A DNA stretch of 64,000 bases from an uncultured Pelagibacteraceae bacterium. Its GTDB lineage: Bacteria; Pseudomonadota; Alphaproteobacteria; Pelagibacterales; Pelagibacteraceae. A program made the position numbers and the translations under genes. A model generated the notes under the pieces. That model made no database searches. It was not told the origin of the DNA and saw only the letters and a list, made by a program, of their open reading frames with translations. The stretch covers positions 93,286-157,285 of the forward strand of contig CACNUU010000001.1 of assembly GCA_902623735.1 (NCBI GenBank). The letters run 5' to 3'. This document shows positions 52,544-63,044 of the stretch, piece after piece (the stretch's first letter is position 1; each line of letters starts with the position of its first letter).

Positions 52544-52942
52544 TTAATCTTCTAGTTTGACTAGAACTTCTACTGATTTAATTTTTTTTCCATCTATTTT
52601 TTTTTTTATATTAATCGGGCCAACATCAGAATTTTTCAAATCAATTAATTTTTCCTCCGATAAATCATAAAAATGATGATGATCTGAAACATTGGTATCA
52701 AAATAAGTTTGATTTGAATTGATTGGTATTTGTTTTAGATATCCTTTTTTTTCAAAAGCATGAACTGTATTATAGACTGTGGCTAATGAGATTTTATTAT
52801 TATGTTTTTTCTTAATTTTCTTTGCCAGGTCGTAAATAGTGAAATGAAAAGTTTCATCAACATCAAATAAAACCTCACATATTTGAAGTCTTTGTTTAGT
52901 GGGTCTTAACCCAGAATTTCTAAGTTTTTCAATATATTTCAC
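52544..52942 (-). CDS. irr: Fur-family iron response regulator Irr
   Basis: GLRPTKQR, SLATVYNT, YFDTNVSDHHHF; divergent from fabA as in other alphaproteobacteria. Confidence 0.88.
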   Translation of the reverse strand: MKYIEKLRNSGLRPTKQRLQICEVLFDVDETFHFTIYDLAKKIKKKHNNKISLATVYNTVHAFEKKGYLKQIPINSNQTYFDTNVSDHHHFYDLSEEKLIDLKNSDVGPINIKKKIDGKKIKSVEVLVKLED

Positions 52943-53034
52943 AGCAAAGAGTTTGTTAATTAAAATTATTCTAAACTAGTGTTAAAAGTATATGATATGT
53001 ATATAAAATCAAGTAAATAAGAATACTCAAAGTT

Positions 53035-53538
53035 ATGAAAAAAAATTCATATACATATGATGAGCTTATAAGTTGTGCAAATGGGCAACTATTTGGTAAG
53101 GGTAACGCTAAATTACCACTTCCACCAATGCTCATGTTTGATAGAATTACAGAAATTAATGATAATAATGGAGCTTTTAAGAAAGGTTCATTGAAAGCTG
53201 AATTGGACATTAAGAAAGACCTTTGGTTTTTTGATTGTCATTTTAATGGTGATCCCGTAATGCCTGGATGCCTTGGACTTGATGCGATGTGGCAATTAGT
53301 TGGTTTTTTTTTAGGCTGGATAGGGAACCCAGGTAAAGGAAGGGCTTTAGGAGTGGGGACAGTAAAATTTACTGGTGAAGTTTTACAAAATGTTAAATTA
53401 GTCAAATATGAAATAGATATGAAAAAAATTATGTCCCCTGGAGGTACAACAGTAGGTTTAGCAAATGGGCAGGTAATCGCTGATAATAAAAAAATTTATA
53501 CAGCGGAAAGTTTAAAGGTAGGGTTATTTAAAGAATGA
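53035..53538 (+). CDS. fabA: 3-hydroxyacyl-ACP dehydratase/isomerase
   Basis: [36 protein letters not shown]. Confidence 0.98.
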   Translation: MKKNSYTYDELISCANGQLFGKGNAKLPLPPMLMFDRITEINDNNGAFKKGSLKAELDIKKDLWFFDCHFNGDPVMPGCLGLDAMWQLVGFFLGWIGNPGKGRALGVGTVKFTGEVLQNVKLVKYEIDMKKIMSPGGTTVGLANGQVIADNKKIYTAESLKVGLFKE

Positions 53539-54746
53539 GAAGAGTAGTAATCACAGGGTTAGGAATTGTTTCCTGTCTTGGTAATAATCAAGATGAGGTT
53601 TATCAATCACTTTTAAACTCTAAATCAGGAATTTCATTCTCAGAAGAGTACAAAGATCATAATCTTAAAAGTCATGTACATGGTAAACCTAATATAAAAC
53701 TTGAGGATCATATTGATAGAAAAACAATTAGATTTATGGGATCTGGATCTGCATATAATTATATTGCTATGAAAGAAGCAATTAAAGACTCAGGTTTAGA
53801 GGAAAAAAATATTAGTAACTTTAAAACAGGAATTGTAATGGGTTCGGGTGGTCCTTCAATTGAAAATGTGATTTTGGCAGCCGATAAAACTAGAGCAAAA
53901 ACTCCTAAGCTAATGGGACCATTTATAGTGCCTAGAACTATGGCAAGCACAGCATCCGCAACCCTTGCGGTCCCGTTTAAGATTAAGGGAACCAATTATA
54001 CAATGAGCTCTGCATGCGCGACTAGTGGACATTGTATTGGAAATTCTATGGAATTAATTCAAATGGGTAAACAAGATATTGTTTTTGCAGGTGGAAGTGA
54101 GGAATTACACTGGGCCATGACAGCGATGTTTGATGCAATGACAGCTTTATCCTCAAAATATAATGATGCACCCCAAACAGCATCTAGAGCCTATGACAAA
54201 AATAGAGATGGGTTTGTAATTGCAGGCGGTGGGGGAGTTTTAGTTCTTGAAGAATTTGAGCATGCAAAAGCTAGGGGAGCTAAGATCTACGCAGAATTAA
54301 CAGGTTATGGAGCTACTTCTGATGGCTATGATATGGTAGCTCCATCGGGTGAAGGGGCTGTAAGATGTATGCAAATGGCAATGGCCTCATCTAAAAGTAA
54401 GATTGATTATATTAATACCCACGGAACATCAACTCCAGTAGGAGATATTACAGAATTAAATGCTGTTAGAGAAACTTTTGGTAATGATGTTCCAAAAATA
54501 AGTTCAACTAAATCTTTGTCTGGTCATCCACTGGGTGCTGCATCGGTTCACGAAGCAATATATTGTCTAATAATGATGAAAAATAATTTTATTGCCGGGT
54601 CAGCAAATATTAATGAGATGGATGAAGAGGCTAAAAATTTTCCAATTGTCTCCCAAACCGAGACTGGAATAACTTTAAATACAGTCATGTCTAATAGTTT
54701 TGGTTTTGGTGGGACTAATGCTGCATTAATTTTTGAAAGGGTCTAG
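53535..54746 (+). CDS. fabB: Beta-ketoacyl-ACP synthase I
   Basis: [36 protein letters not shown]. Confidence 0.97.
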   Translation: MRRVVITGLGIVSCLGNNQDEVYQSLLNSKSGISFSEEYKDHNLKSHVHGKPNIKLEDHIDRKTIRFMGSGSAYNYIAMKEAIKDSGLEEKNISNFKTGIVMGSGGPSIENVILAADKTRAKTPKLMGPFIVPRTMASTASATLAVPFKIKGTNYTMSSACATSGHCIGNSMELIQMGKQDIVFAGGSEELHWAMTAMFDAMTALSSKYNDAPQTASRAYDKNRDGFVIAGGGGVLVLEEFEHAKARGAKIYAELTGYGATSDGYDMVAPSGEGAVRCMQMAMASSKSKIDYINTHGTSTPVGDITELNAVRETFGNDVPKISSTKSLSGHPLGAASVHEAIYCLIMMKNNFIAGSANINEMDEEAKNFPIVSQTETGITLNTVMSNSFGFGGTNAALIFERV

Positions 54747-54749
54747 TTT

Positions 54750-55535
54750 ATGAGTTTAATGAAAGGCAAAAAAGGGTTGATCATGGGAGTTGCTAATGAA
54801 AGATCTATCGCTTGGGGAATTTCTCAAAAACTTGCAGAAGCTGGAGCTGAGCTCGCATTTACTTATTTGGGAGACGCTTTAAAAAAAAGAGTAATTCCTT
54901 TAGCTGAAAAATTAAATTCAAAAGTAACTTTTAGTTGTGATGTTGAAAAAAAAGAGGAAGTTGTAAATTTATTTAAAGATATTAAATCACAATGGGGAGA
55001 AATTGATTTCGTAGTTCATGCTGTCGCATTTTCGGATAAAGCAGAATTATCAGGTGAATACCTGAATACAACTAGAGAAAACTTCTTAAGAAGTATGTTA
55101 ATTTCTTGTTTCTCATTCACAGAGGTTGCAAAAGAAGCATCAAAAATTATGAGAGCTAATGGAAGTATGATTACGCTTACATATGAGTCTACAAAAGCTA
55201 TTCCAAACTATAATGTTATGGGTGTTTGTAAGTCTGCTTTAGAGGCTAGTGTTAAGTATCTTGCAAGAGATTTAGGAGCAAAACAAATTAGAGTTAATGC
55301 TATAAGTGCTGGTCCAATTAAAACTCTAGCTGCTTCTGCTATAGGTGATGCTAAATTTTTATATAAATGGAATGAAGACCATTCTTTTTTAAAAAGAAAT
55401 GTGGATATACATGACGTTGGTAACTCTGCTTTATACCTTTTAAGTGATCTAGCAGGTGGAGTTACAGGTGAAATTCATTATGTAGATGCAGGATATAATA
55501 AAGTTGGGATGCCAGATCCTAAAAATATTTCTTAA
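54750..55535 (+). CDS. fabI: Enoyl-ACP reductase
   Basis: GVANERSIAWGI, YNVMGVCK, RVNAISAGPIKTLA. Confidence 0.97.
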   Translation: MSLMKGKKGLIMGVANERSIAWGISQKLAEAGAELAFTYLGDALKKRVIPLAEKLNSKVTFSCDVEKKEEVVNLFKDIKSQWGEIDFVVHAVAFSDKAELSGEYLNTTRENFLRSMLISCFSFTEVAKEASKIMRANGSMITLTYESTKAIPNYNVMGVCKSALEASVKYLARDLGAKQIRVNAISAGPIKTLAASAIGDAKFLYKWNEDHSFLKRNVDIHDVGNSALYLLSDLAGGVTGEIHYVDAGYNKVGMPDPKNIS

Positions 55536-55544
55536 AAAAAATTA

Positions 55545-56411
55545 ATGATAATTTGGCTAGCCTCTTATCCTAAAAGTGGAAATACATGGTTAAGATCTAT
55601 ATTAAATCAAATTTTATTTGTAGATCCAACCACAGAAAATATTTTTTCTGACCTATATAAAAATATTCCTGGCTATCCATCATTAATGCATTTTATGAAT
55701 CTAAATTCATCGTTAAAAAGTACTGATGATATTCAAAAAATTAGTAACATAATTAAAAATTGGGAAGAATCTCAAAATAAAATTAATAAAGAAAAAAGAC
55801 TAAAGTTTTTTAAAACCCATAACTTGTTAACATCTATAAATTTGGATGGACAAACTTTTCATTTTACTAACATAAAGAATACTCTTGGAGTTATTTATAT
55901 AGTGAGAGATCCAAGAAATATCATTACCTCACTTAAAAATCATTTTTTTTTAAATTCTTACGATGAAGCATTTAATATGATGATTGATAAAAAAAGATGG
56001 ATAGGAACTACCAAGGACAGGGTTCCGCAAAGTTTATCTTCGTGGGATCAACACTTTAATTCATGGAGTTTTTTCCCAAAAAATTATATTCTATTTAAAT
56101 ATGAAGATTTGTTATCGGATCCTAAAAAACAAATACTACGACTTTATGAATATTTACAAAAATTTATAAAAACTAATTTTGATCAACAAAAGATAGACAA
56201 AATAATTTTAAATTCAAAATTTTTAAATTTTAAAAAACTTGAAAGCCAAGGTCATTTTAAAGAAAAAGCTATAAACCCATACACAAAAGAAACCAAAGAA
56301 TTTTTTTACTTAGGACCTAAAAATGATTATTTGAAAATACTAGATGATAAAACTAGATATAAAATTGAAAAACATTTCAAAGTCACAATGAAGAAAATTG
56401 GGTATCTATGA
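55545..56411 (+). CDS. PAPS-dependent sulfotransferase domain protein
   Basis: 5'-PSB motif ASYPKSGNTW, KTH, 3'-PB motif YIVRDPRNIITS, KYEDL. Confidence 0.92.
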   Translation: MIIWLASYPKSGNTWLRSILNQILFVDPTTENIFSDLYKNIPGYPSLMHFMNLNSSLKSTDDIQKISNIIKNWEESQNKINKEKRLKFFKTHNLLTSINLDGQTFHFTNIKNTLGVIYIVRDPRNIITSLKNHFFLNSYDEAFNMMIDKKRWIGTTKDRVPQSLSSWDQHFNSWSFFPKNYILFKYEDLLSDPKKQILRLYEYLQKFIKTNFDQQKIDKIILNSKFLNFKKLESQGHFKEKAINPYTKETKEFFYLGPKNDYLKILDDKTRYKIEKHFKVTMKKIGYL

Positions 56412-58484
56412 TCAATCAGTAGCTTGTTTCATAGAAAGTTTAACTTTACCTCTATCAAAACCTATCACTTTAACTTTAACTTCATCACCTTCTTTGACTA
56501 CATCAGTGACTTTAGCTACTCTCTTGTCTGCTAGTTCTGAAATATGAACAAGACCATCCTGTTTACCTAAAAAGTTTACAAAAGCTCCGAACTCCATAAT
56601 TTTCATTACCTTTCCAGAATAAATTTTATTTAGTTCAGCTTTTGCAGTGATATCTTTAATCATTTGCATTGCAGTATTTCTAGACTCCTCATCTGGAGCA
56701 GCCACAGTTACAACTCCCTCATCATTTACATCAACTTTGGCACCTGATTTTTCAACTATTTCTCTTATTGTTGCGCCACCTTTTCCAATAACAGCAGCAA
56801 TGTCTTTTTTATCAACGTTAATCTTTTCCATTTTTGGAGTATGTTTTCCAACATCTGCTCTTGAAGCTGATAATGCTTTATTCATCTCACCTAATATATG
56901 AATTCTTCCATCTTTAGCTTGGCTTAGAGCTTGTTCCATAATTTCAAATGTAATACCTGTTATTTTGATATCCATTTGAAGTGAAGTGATTCCGTCTTTA
57001 GTTCCAGCAACTTTAAAGTCCATATCGCCTAAATGATCCTCATCACCTAATATATCTGACAATACACTAAAATCATCGCCCTCTTTTATTAGACCCATAG
57101 CGATACCTGCAACTGGCTCCTTTATAGGAACTCCAGCATCCATAAGCGCTAATGATGTTCCACAAACTGTAGCCATAGAAGAAGAGCCATTGGATTCTGT
57201 GATTTCAGATACCACTCTAAAAGTATAAGGAAATGACTCTTTTGAAGGTAAAGAGGAGTGGATTGCTCTCCAAGCCAATTTACCATGTCCTATTTCTCTT
57301 CTGCCAGTTCCAATTCTTCCAGTTTCTCCAACCGAGAATGGTGGAAAATTATAGTGCAGCATAAATCTCTCTCTTTGTAAGCCATCTAAACTTTCGATTC
57401 TTTGTTCATCATCAGATGTACCTAAAGTAGCAGTTACAATTGCTTGTGTTTCACCTCTAGTAAACAATGCAGAGCCATGAGTTCTTGGTAAAACACCTAC
57501 TTCACAAGAGATTGGTCTTACATCAGACAAACCTCTACCATCAATTCTATTTTTATTTTTAAGTATATCTGTTCTAACAATTGACTTCTCAAGATTTTTT
57601 AACTGACTATTAACATCAAGATCAGTATAATTTTCATCTTCCTCAAAAAGTTTTTTAGCTTTATCAGTTATCTCTGAAATCTGGTTAGATCTATCTTGCT
57701 TGTCCCTTGTTGCAAAAGCTTTTTTTAGATCCTCAGTGAATGTTTCCTCTATTTTTTTCTTCACCTCAGATAGGTCTTTCTTTTCAACTGACCAATCAGG
57801 TTTTTTACAGTCTTTCGCGAGATCCTCAATCATTTTTATAACTGGTAAAAAGCCTTCATGGCCAAATTTTACAGCATTTAACATCTCCTCCTCAGTTAAA
57901 CCATTTGCTTCTGACTCAACCATTAGAACAGCTTCTTTTGTGCCTGCTACAACTAAATCTAAACTTGAATTTTCTAAATCAACTTTCGATGGATTTAAAA
58001 CATATTTTCCATTTATAAATCCAACTCTTGAGGCTCCTACAGGTCCCATAAATGGCATACCTGAAATAGCCAACGCAGCAGATGATGCAGTGATTGACAA
58101 AATGTCAGCTTCATTTTCTTTATCATAAGAGATTACTGTTGGTAATAACTGTACTTCATTTTTAAATTCGTCTGGGAATAATGGCCTGATTGGTCTATCA
58201 ATTAATCTTGAAATAAGAGTTTCACTTTCTGTTGGCCGTGCTTCTCTTTTAAAATATCCGCCTGGGATTTTCCCAGCTGCATAATATTTTTCTTGATAAT
58301 TCACAGATAGTGGAAAATAATCCATATCTGGGTTTACCTTTTTAGCTCCTACCACGGTTGCTAAAACTACTGTTTCCCCACATGTCGCGATTATTGCACC
58401 ATCTGCCTGTCTTGCTACTTTGCCTGTCTCTAAACTTATCTTCTTTCCTGCTACTTCAATTTCCTTCTTATATACTTTAAACAT
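56412..58484 (-). CDS. pnp: Polyribonucleotide nucleotidyltransferase
   Basis: [43 protein letters not shown] and S1 domains. Confidence 0.99.
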   Translation of the reverse strand: MFKVYKKEIEVAGKKISLETGKVARQADGAIIATCGETVVLATVVGAKKVNPDMDYFPLSVNYQEKYYAAGKIPGGYFKREARPTESETLISRLIDRPIRPLFPDEFKNEVQLLPTVISYDKENEADILSITASSAALAISGMPFMGPVGASRVGFINGKYVLNPSKVDLENSSLDLVVAGTKEAVLMVESEANGLTEEEMLNAVKFGHEGFLPVIKMIEDLAKDCKKPDWSVEKKDLSEVKKKIEETFTEDLKKAFATRDKQDRSNQISEITDKAKKLFEEDENYTDLDVNSQLKNLEKSIVRTDILKNKNRIDGRGLSDVRPISCEVGVLPRTHGSALFTRGETQAIVTATLGTSDDEQRIESLDGLQRERFMLHYNFPPFSVGETGRIGTGRREIGHGKLAWRAIHSSLPSKESFPYTFRVVSEITESNGSSSMATVCGTSLALMDAGVPIKEPVAGIAMGLIKEGDDFSVLSDILGDEDHLGDMDFKVAGTKDGITSLQMDIKITGITFEIMEQALSQAKDGRIHILGEMNKALSASRADVGKHTPKMEKINVDKKDIAAVIGKGGATIREIVEKSGAKVDVNDEGVVTVAAPDEESRNTAMQMIKDITAKAELNKIYSGKVMKIMEFGAFVNFLGKQDGLVHISELADKRVAKVTDVVKEGDEVKVKVIGFDRGKVKLSMKQATD

Positions 58485-58541
58485 CTCATTTCCATTTCGT
58501 TTCGTTCGTTTCGTTCCATGCCGTTCTATCTATCTTGATTT

Positions 58542-58790
58542 TTACTTTCTTAAATTCAATTTCGACAGTACATTTTTGTAAGAATCTATCTTATTTCTTT
58601 TAAGATAATCTAACAATTTTTTTCGTCTATTAACAGCTTTTAACAGCCCTACAGAGGAATGTTTATCTTTTTTAAACTGCTTAATATGTTTTGATAAAAT
58701 TTCAATTTTTTCTGTTAACAGAGCTATTTGAATTTCAGAGGAGCCTGTATCTTTTTCATGAATAGCTAATTCTTGTGTCTTTTTAACCAT
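58542..58790 (-). CDS. rpsO: 30S ribosomal protein S15
   Basis: DTGSSEIQIALLT, KDKHS..GLL...RRKKLLDYL. Confidence 0.97.
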   Translation of the reverse strand: MVKKTQELAIHEKDTGSSEIQIALLTEKIEILSKHIKQFKKDKHSSVGLLKAVNRRKKLLDYLKRNKIDSYKNVLSKLNLRK

Positions 58791-58799
58791 ATTTATTTC

Positions 58800-59168
58800 C
58801 TATTTATTTGTTTGTTTAATTAAGTTCTCAATTTTTTCCGCATACTCAAAAGACTCGTCTTTTCTAAAAAGTATTTTTGGTAAAAATTTTGTAATTACTT
58901 TTTGTGATAAAATTTTTCTAACTAAAAATGAGTATTCTACAAGTTTTTTAATTTTTTCATCCGCATCTTTGCCTCCTAATGGAAGTACATATGCTTTAGC
59001 AATTTTTAAATCTTGACTCATTCTTACCTCGGTAACAGTAATATTATTCGTCTCTAAATTTGGTATTTTTGCTTCATTCCTTAAAAAAATCATACTTAAA
59101 GATTGTTTTATCATCTCGCCAACTCTGAGCTGCCTTTGGGTGATGGACTTACCTATTCTATCAGTCAT
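58800..59168 (-). CDS. rbfA: Ribosome-binding factor A
   Basis: QRQLRVGEMIK, ITVTEVRMSQDLKIAK; follows infB. Confidence 0.96.
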   Translation of the reverse strand: MTDRIGKSITQRQLRVGEMIKQSLSMIFLRNEAKIPNLETNNITVTEVRMSQDLKIAKAYVLPLGGKDADEKIKKLVEYSFLVRKILSQKVITKFLPKILFRKDESFEYAEKIENLIKQTNK

Positions 59169-61381
59169 TATATACTTCTCTCTGTTGATGTAACATTAAA
59201 AGCCTCAATTGTATCGTTTTTTTGAAAATCCATATAATCTTTGAGAGTAATTCCACATTCTTGGCCATTGCTTACTTGTTTTACCTGATTTTTTTCCCTG
59301 AAAATGGAACCAATTTTTCCAGTAAAAATAATGCTTCCATCCCTAATCACTCTGGCGTTTGAATTACTTGATATTTCACCATCTGTAATTTTTGAGCCTG
59401 CAACTTTACCTGCCCCAGAAACCTTAAAGATTTCTAATATTTGAGCTGTTCCAGTTATTGTCTCTTGAACATCAGGTGTAAGTAATCCAGACATTTTCTT
59501 TTTAATGTAATCTAATACCTCATAAATAATGTTAAAGGATGAAATTTTTATATTTTCGTTTTCTGCAAGTTTTTTTGCTTCCTTACTAGGTTTCACATTA
59601 AAAGCAATTAAAACGGCATTAGAAGCTTTAGCTAAGGTAATATCTGTTTCTGTCACCATTCCAATATCAGCTAAAATAATTTTTGGTTTTACTTCATCAT
59701 GCTTGATTTGAGTAATTGCACTTTTTATTGCCTCTGAAGATCCATGAACATCTGATTTAATGATTAAATTTAAATCTTCTGATAATTTATTAGAAAAAGC
59801 TGATTCTTGAGTTGCAAAAGTTAGTGGGTTTTTTCCCTCATTATTTTCTTGTATTCTATTTTCACTTAAAGTTTTAGCTTCTTTCTCGGTATCTAGAACT
59901 AAAAAATCATCACCTGCTTTTGCAGCACCATTTATACCTAAAATTTCAACTGGCGTTGAAGGTAATGCTTCGATAATGTTTTCTGCTTTATCATTAATAA
60001 TAGCTCTAATTTTACCCCACCTCAATCCACATACAAAAAAATCACCTTTTTTAAGGGTTCCACTGGTAACAACAATGTTAGCAACTGGACCTCTACCAAT
60101 GTCAATTTTAGACTCTAAAACAATTCCAGTTGCTTTCGAATTAAAATCTGTTTTTAAATCTAAAATTTCAGCTTGAAGAATTATTGACTCCAATAATTTA
60201 TCTAAATTTAATTTGGTTTTTGCTGAAATTTCAACCATTAATGTGTCTCCAGATAGATCTTCTGCTACTAGCTCATGTTCTAATAATTGATTTTTTATCT
60301 TTTGAGGGTCAGCATCTGGTAAATCACATTTATTGATAGCTACAACAATTGGCACTTTAGCTGCTTTTGCGTGTTTAATTGACTCTATAGTTTGTGGTTT
60401 CACGCCATCATCTGCTGCAACGACTAAAACTACTACATCTGTTAATTTAGAACCTCTTGCTCTCATTTCAGTAAAAGCGGCATGGCCTGGAGTGTCAATA
60501 AATGTTATCTTATTTGAACCACTTATAATTTGATATGCACCTATATGTTGCGTAATACCTCCAAATTCACCTGACACTACATTTGCACTTCTTAAGACAT
60601 CTAAAACTGATGTTTTTCCGTGATCAACATGGCCCATTACTGTGACTATCGGAGGCCTGTTGATTAAATTTTCAGCTCTAGACTCTTTTATCTTTTTGAT
60701 AATCTCTTCAGTCTTTTGCTCTCGAATTGGATTGTGTCCAAATTCTTTTACTAGATATTCTGCTGTATCCGCGGCCAAAGTTTGATTTATCGTCACTGAT
60801 ACTCCCATTCCAAATAGATGTTTAATAACATTACTTGATTGTTCAGCCATCCGATTTGCTAATTCTCGAACAGTAATTGCCTCTGGAATATTAACATCGC
60901 GTTTAATACCTTTAAAATTTTCGTGATTTTCATCTTTTTTTGCGTTCTTTAGCTCTTTTAGTCTAGCTCTTTTTACAGATGCTAAACTTCTTTCTCTTGT
61001 TTCAATTTCATCACTTAAAGCTCTTGATACAGTAAGCTTACTATCTCTTTTTTTTGAACTAAGTTTTGACTTTTTATCTTTTTCATTTTCATCTCCTTTG
61101 AGTCTTTTCCTAGCTCTTTGTTCTGCAAGTTTTCGTCTTTCAAAATCCCCGATTGCTGGAGCGAATTTTGTTGAAAAATTTGACTTTAAATTAGGTCCTT
61201 TTTTAAAATTTGAGGAAGGTTTTGATGAAAAAGCCTTATTCTTATTTCCTTTATTTATAAAATTTGGTTTGTCTCTATCGATTACTACAGTTTTTTTTCC
61301 TTGGCTCTTTTGAGGATTAAAATCTTTAAAAGATTTTTTTGGGTTTCCAGAAATAGTTAGTTTTGTTTTTTTGTTCTCCAT
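59168..61381 (-). CDS. infB: Translation initiation factor IF-2
   Basis: [39 protein letters not shown]. Confidence 0.99.
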   Translation of the reverse strand: MENKKTKLTISGNPKKSFKDFNPQKSQGKKTVVIDRDKPNFINKGNKNKAFSSKPSSNFKKGPNLKSNFSTKFAPAIGDFERRKLAEQRARKRLKGDENEKDKKSKLSSKKRDSKLTVSRALSDEIETRERSLASVKRARLKELKNAKKDENHENFKGIKRDVNIPEAITVRELANRMAEQSSNVIKHLFGMGVSVTINQTLAADTAEYLVKEFGHNPIREQKTEEIIKKIKESRAENLINRPPIVTVMGHVDHGKTSVLDVLRSANVVSGEFGGITQHIGAYQIISGSNKITFIDTPGHAAFTEMRARGSKLTDVVVLVVAADDGVKPQTIESIKHAKAAKVPIVVAINKCDLPDADPQKIKNQLLEHELVAEDLSGDTLMVEISAKTKLNLDKLLESIILQAEILDLKTDFNSKATGIVLESKIDIGRGPVANIVVTSGTLKKGDFFVCGLRWGKIRAIINDKAENIIEALPSTPVEILGINGAAKAGDDFLVLDTEKEAKTLSENRIQENNEGKNPLTFATQESAFSNKLSEDLNLIIKSDVHGSSEAIKSAITQIKHDEVKPKIILADIGMVTETDITLAKASNAVLIAFNVKPSKEAKKLAENENIKISSFNIIYEVLDYIKKKMSGLLTPDVQETITGTAQILEIFKVSGAGKVAGSKITDGEISSNSNARVIRDGSIIFTGKIGSIFREKNQVKQVSNGQECGITLKDYMDFQKNDTIEAFNVTSTERSI

Positions 61382-61391
61382 TTCTCATCCC

Positions 61392-62945
61392 TTAATTTTT
61401 ATAAATTATTTCTCTAGCTGCCATTATCAAATTGTCAGCCTCTTCTTTCGATAATGCAAAATCTTCCAAGAAACCTTGAATTTTTATTCTTTCCCCTTTT
61501 ACAATATCAAATCCACCTGTTAATTCGTCTGATGCTAAATCAGCAAAGTCCTCTAATTTTAAAATTTTTTGTTCCCCTAATGTTACTAACATTCCAGGGG
61601 TTAATCCTTTTAAGTTGATAAGAGACTCCTCCAATCCTAAATCTTTAATTCTCTTAGAAGTGTCCTCTTGATCTTTCTGATGAAACTCTTTTGCTCTTTC
61701 AATTAAAGCTTTAGCAGTATCATCCTCAATACCCTCTATTTTTGTTAAATTTTCTATCATGCAATCTTTTATATCATCAATTGTTGAAAAGCCTTCAGCA
61801 ACAAGTAGTTGTCCTAGCGTTTCATCTAGCTCTAAATTTTTAACAAAATTTTCAGTTTTTTCTTTAAACTCAACTTGCCTTCTCTCAGAGTCTTCAGCAT
61901 CTGTCATGATATTTATCTCATAATTTAACAATTTAGTAGCCAGCCTTACATTTTGACCTCTTCTACCAATCGCTTTACTTAAATTTTCCTCTGTCAAAAT
62001 AACATCTAGTTTTTTTCTTTCAGCATCAACGTTAACTCTTTGAACTTCTGCTGGTGAAAGTGCATTGGAAACTAAAATTGCAGGGTCTTCAGACCAATTT
62101 ACAATATCTATTTTTTCACCTTGTAATTCATTAACTACAGCCTGTACTCTGGAGCCTCTCATTCCAACGCATGCACCAACCGGATCTAAAGACGTATCAA
62201 CGGCTTTAACACAAATTTTTGCCCTACTACCAGGGTCTCTGGAAGATGATTTTATCTCTATCAATCCATCATAAATCTCTGGTACCTCTTGAACAAAAAG
62301 TTTTTCCATGAACTTTGGGTGAGCTCTTGAGAGAAATATTTGTTGACCTCTTTGTTCTCTCCGAACATCATAACAAAAGGCTTTAATCCTATCTCCAGCT
62401 TTTATATTTTCTCTTGGTATAAGTTCATTTTTTTGAATTATTGCTTCAGTCCTACCAAGATCAACTATAACATTTCCGAATTCTAATCTTTTTACTATAC
62501 CGCTTAAAATTGTATCTTTTTTATCTATAAAGTCATTGAATTGTCTTTCTCTTTCAGCTTCTCTAACATTTGAGTTTATAACCTGTTTTGCAGTTTGTGC
62601 GGCTATTCTTCCAAAATCAAATGAGGGGAGGGGTTGAAGTATTTCATCTCCAATTTTTTTATCCTTATTAATCTCACTCAAATTTACTGCATCCTCTAAT
62701 TTTATTTCTGTATTAGAATTCTCAGGATTTTCTGAAATAATCAATTTTCTGAAAATCTCAATTTCACCATTTTCTCTATCAATTAAAACTTTTATTTCAT
62801 TTTCTTGACCAAATTTAGATTTTGCTGCTTTAGCAATACCCGTTTCCATAGATGTTATGATCAATTCTTTATCTATAGACTTCTCTAAAGCAACAGCTTC
62901 AGCAATTCTTAATAACTCAAGTTTATCGGCTCTTTTATTTAACAT
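61392..62945 (-). CDS. nusA: Transcription termination/antitermination factor NusA
   Basis: FGRIAAQTAKQVI, RDPGSRAKI, DPVGACVGMRG, AIGRRGQNVRLA. Confidence 0.99.
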   Translation of the reverse strand: MLNKRADKLELLRIAEAVALEKSIDKELIITSMETGIAKAAKSKFGQENEIKVLIDRENGEIEIFRKLIISENPENSNTEIKLEDAVNLSEINKDKKIGDEILQPLPSFDFGRIAAQTAKQVINSNVREAERERQFNDFIDKKDTILSGIVKRLEFGNVIVDLGRTEAIIQKNELIPRENIKAGDRIKAFCYDVRREQRGQQIFLSRAHPKFMEKLFVQEVPEIYDGLIEIKSSSRDPGSRAKICVKAVDTSLDPVGACVGMRGSRVQAVVNELQGEKIDIVNWSEDPAILVSNALSPAEVQRVNVDAERKKLDVILTEENLSKAIGRRGQNVRLATKLLNYEINIMTDAEDSERRQVEFKEKTENFVKNLELDETLGQLLVAEGFSTIDDIKDCMIENLTKIEGIEDDTAKALIERAKEFHQKDQEDTSKRIKDLGLEESLINLKGLTPGMLVTLGEQKILKLEDFADLASDELTGGFDIVKGERIKIQGFLEDFALSKEEADNLIMAAREIIYKN

Positions 62946-62960
62946 AATTTACAGTGCCCC

Positions 62961-62987
62961 AAAAAAAAATGGGCCAAAGCCCATTTT
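62961..62987 (-). terminator. rimP-leader-like intrinsic terminator/attenuator upstream of nusA
   Basis: Minus strand AAAAUGGGC-UUUG-GCCCAUUUUUUUUU, ending 15 nt before the nusA ATG. Confidence 0.75.
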
Positions 62988-63044
62988 GATAATTCAACAA
63001 TGTGGATGCAATATATTAAAGATTTTTATTTATTCAATAAAAAA

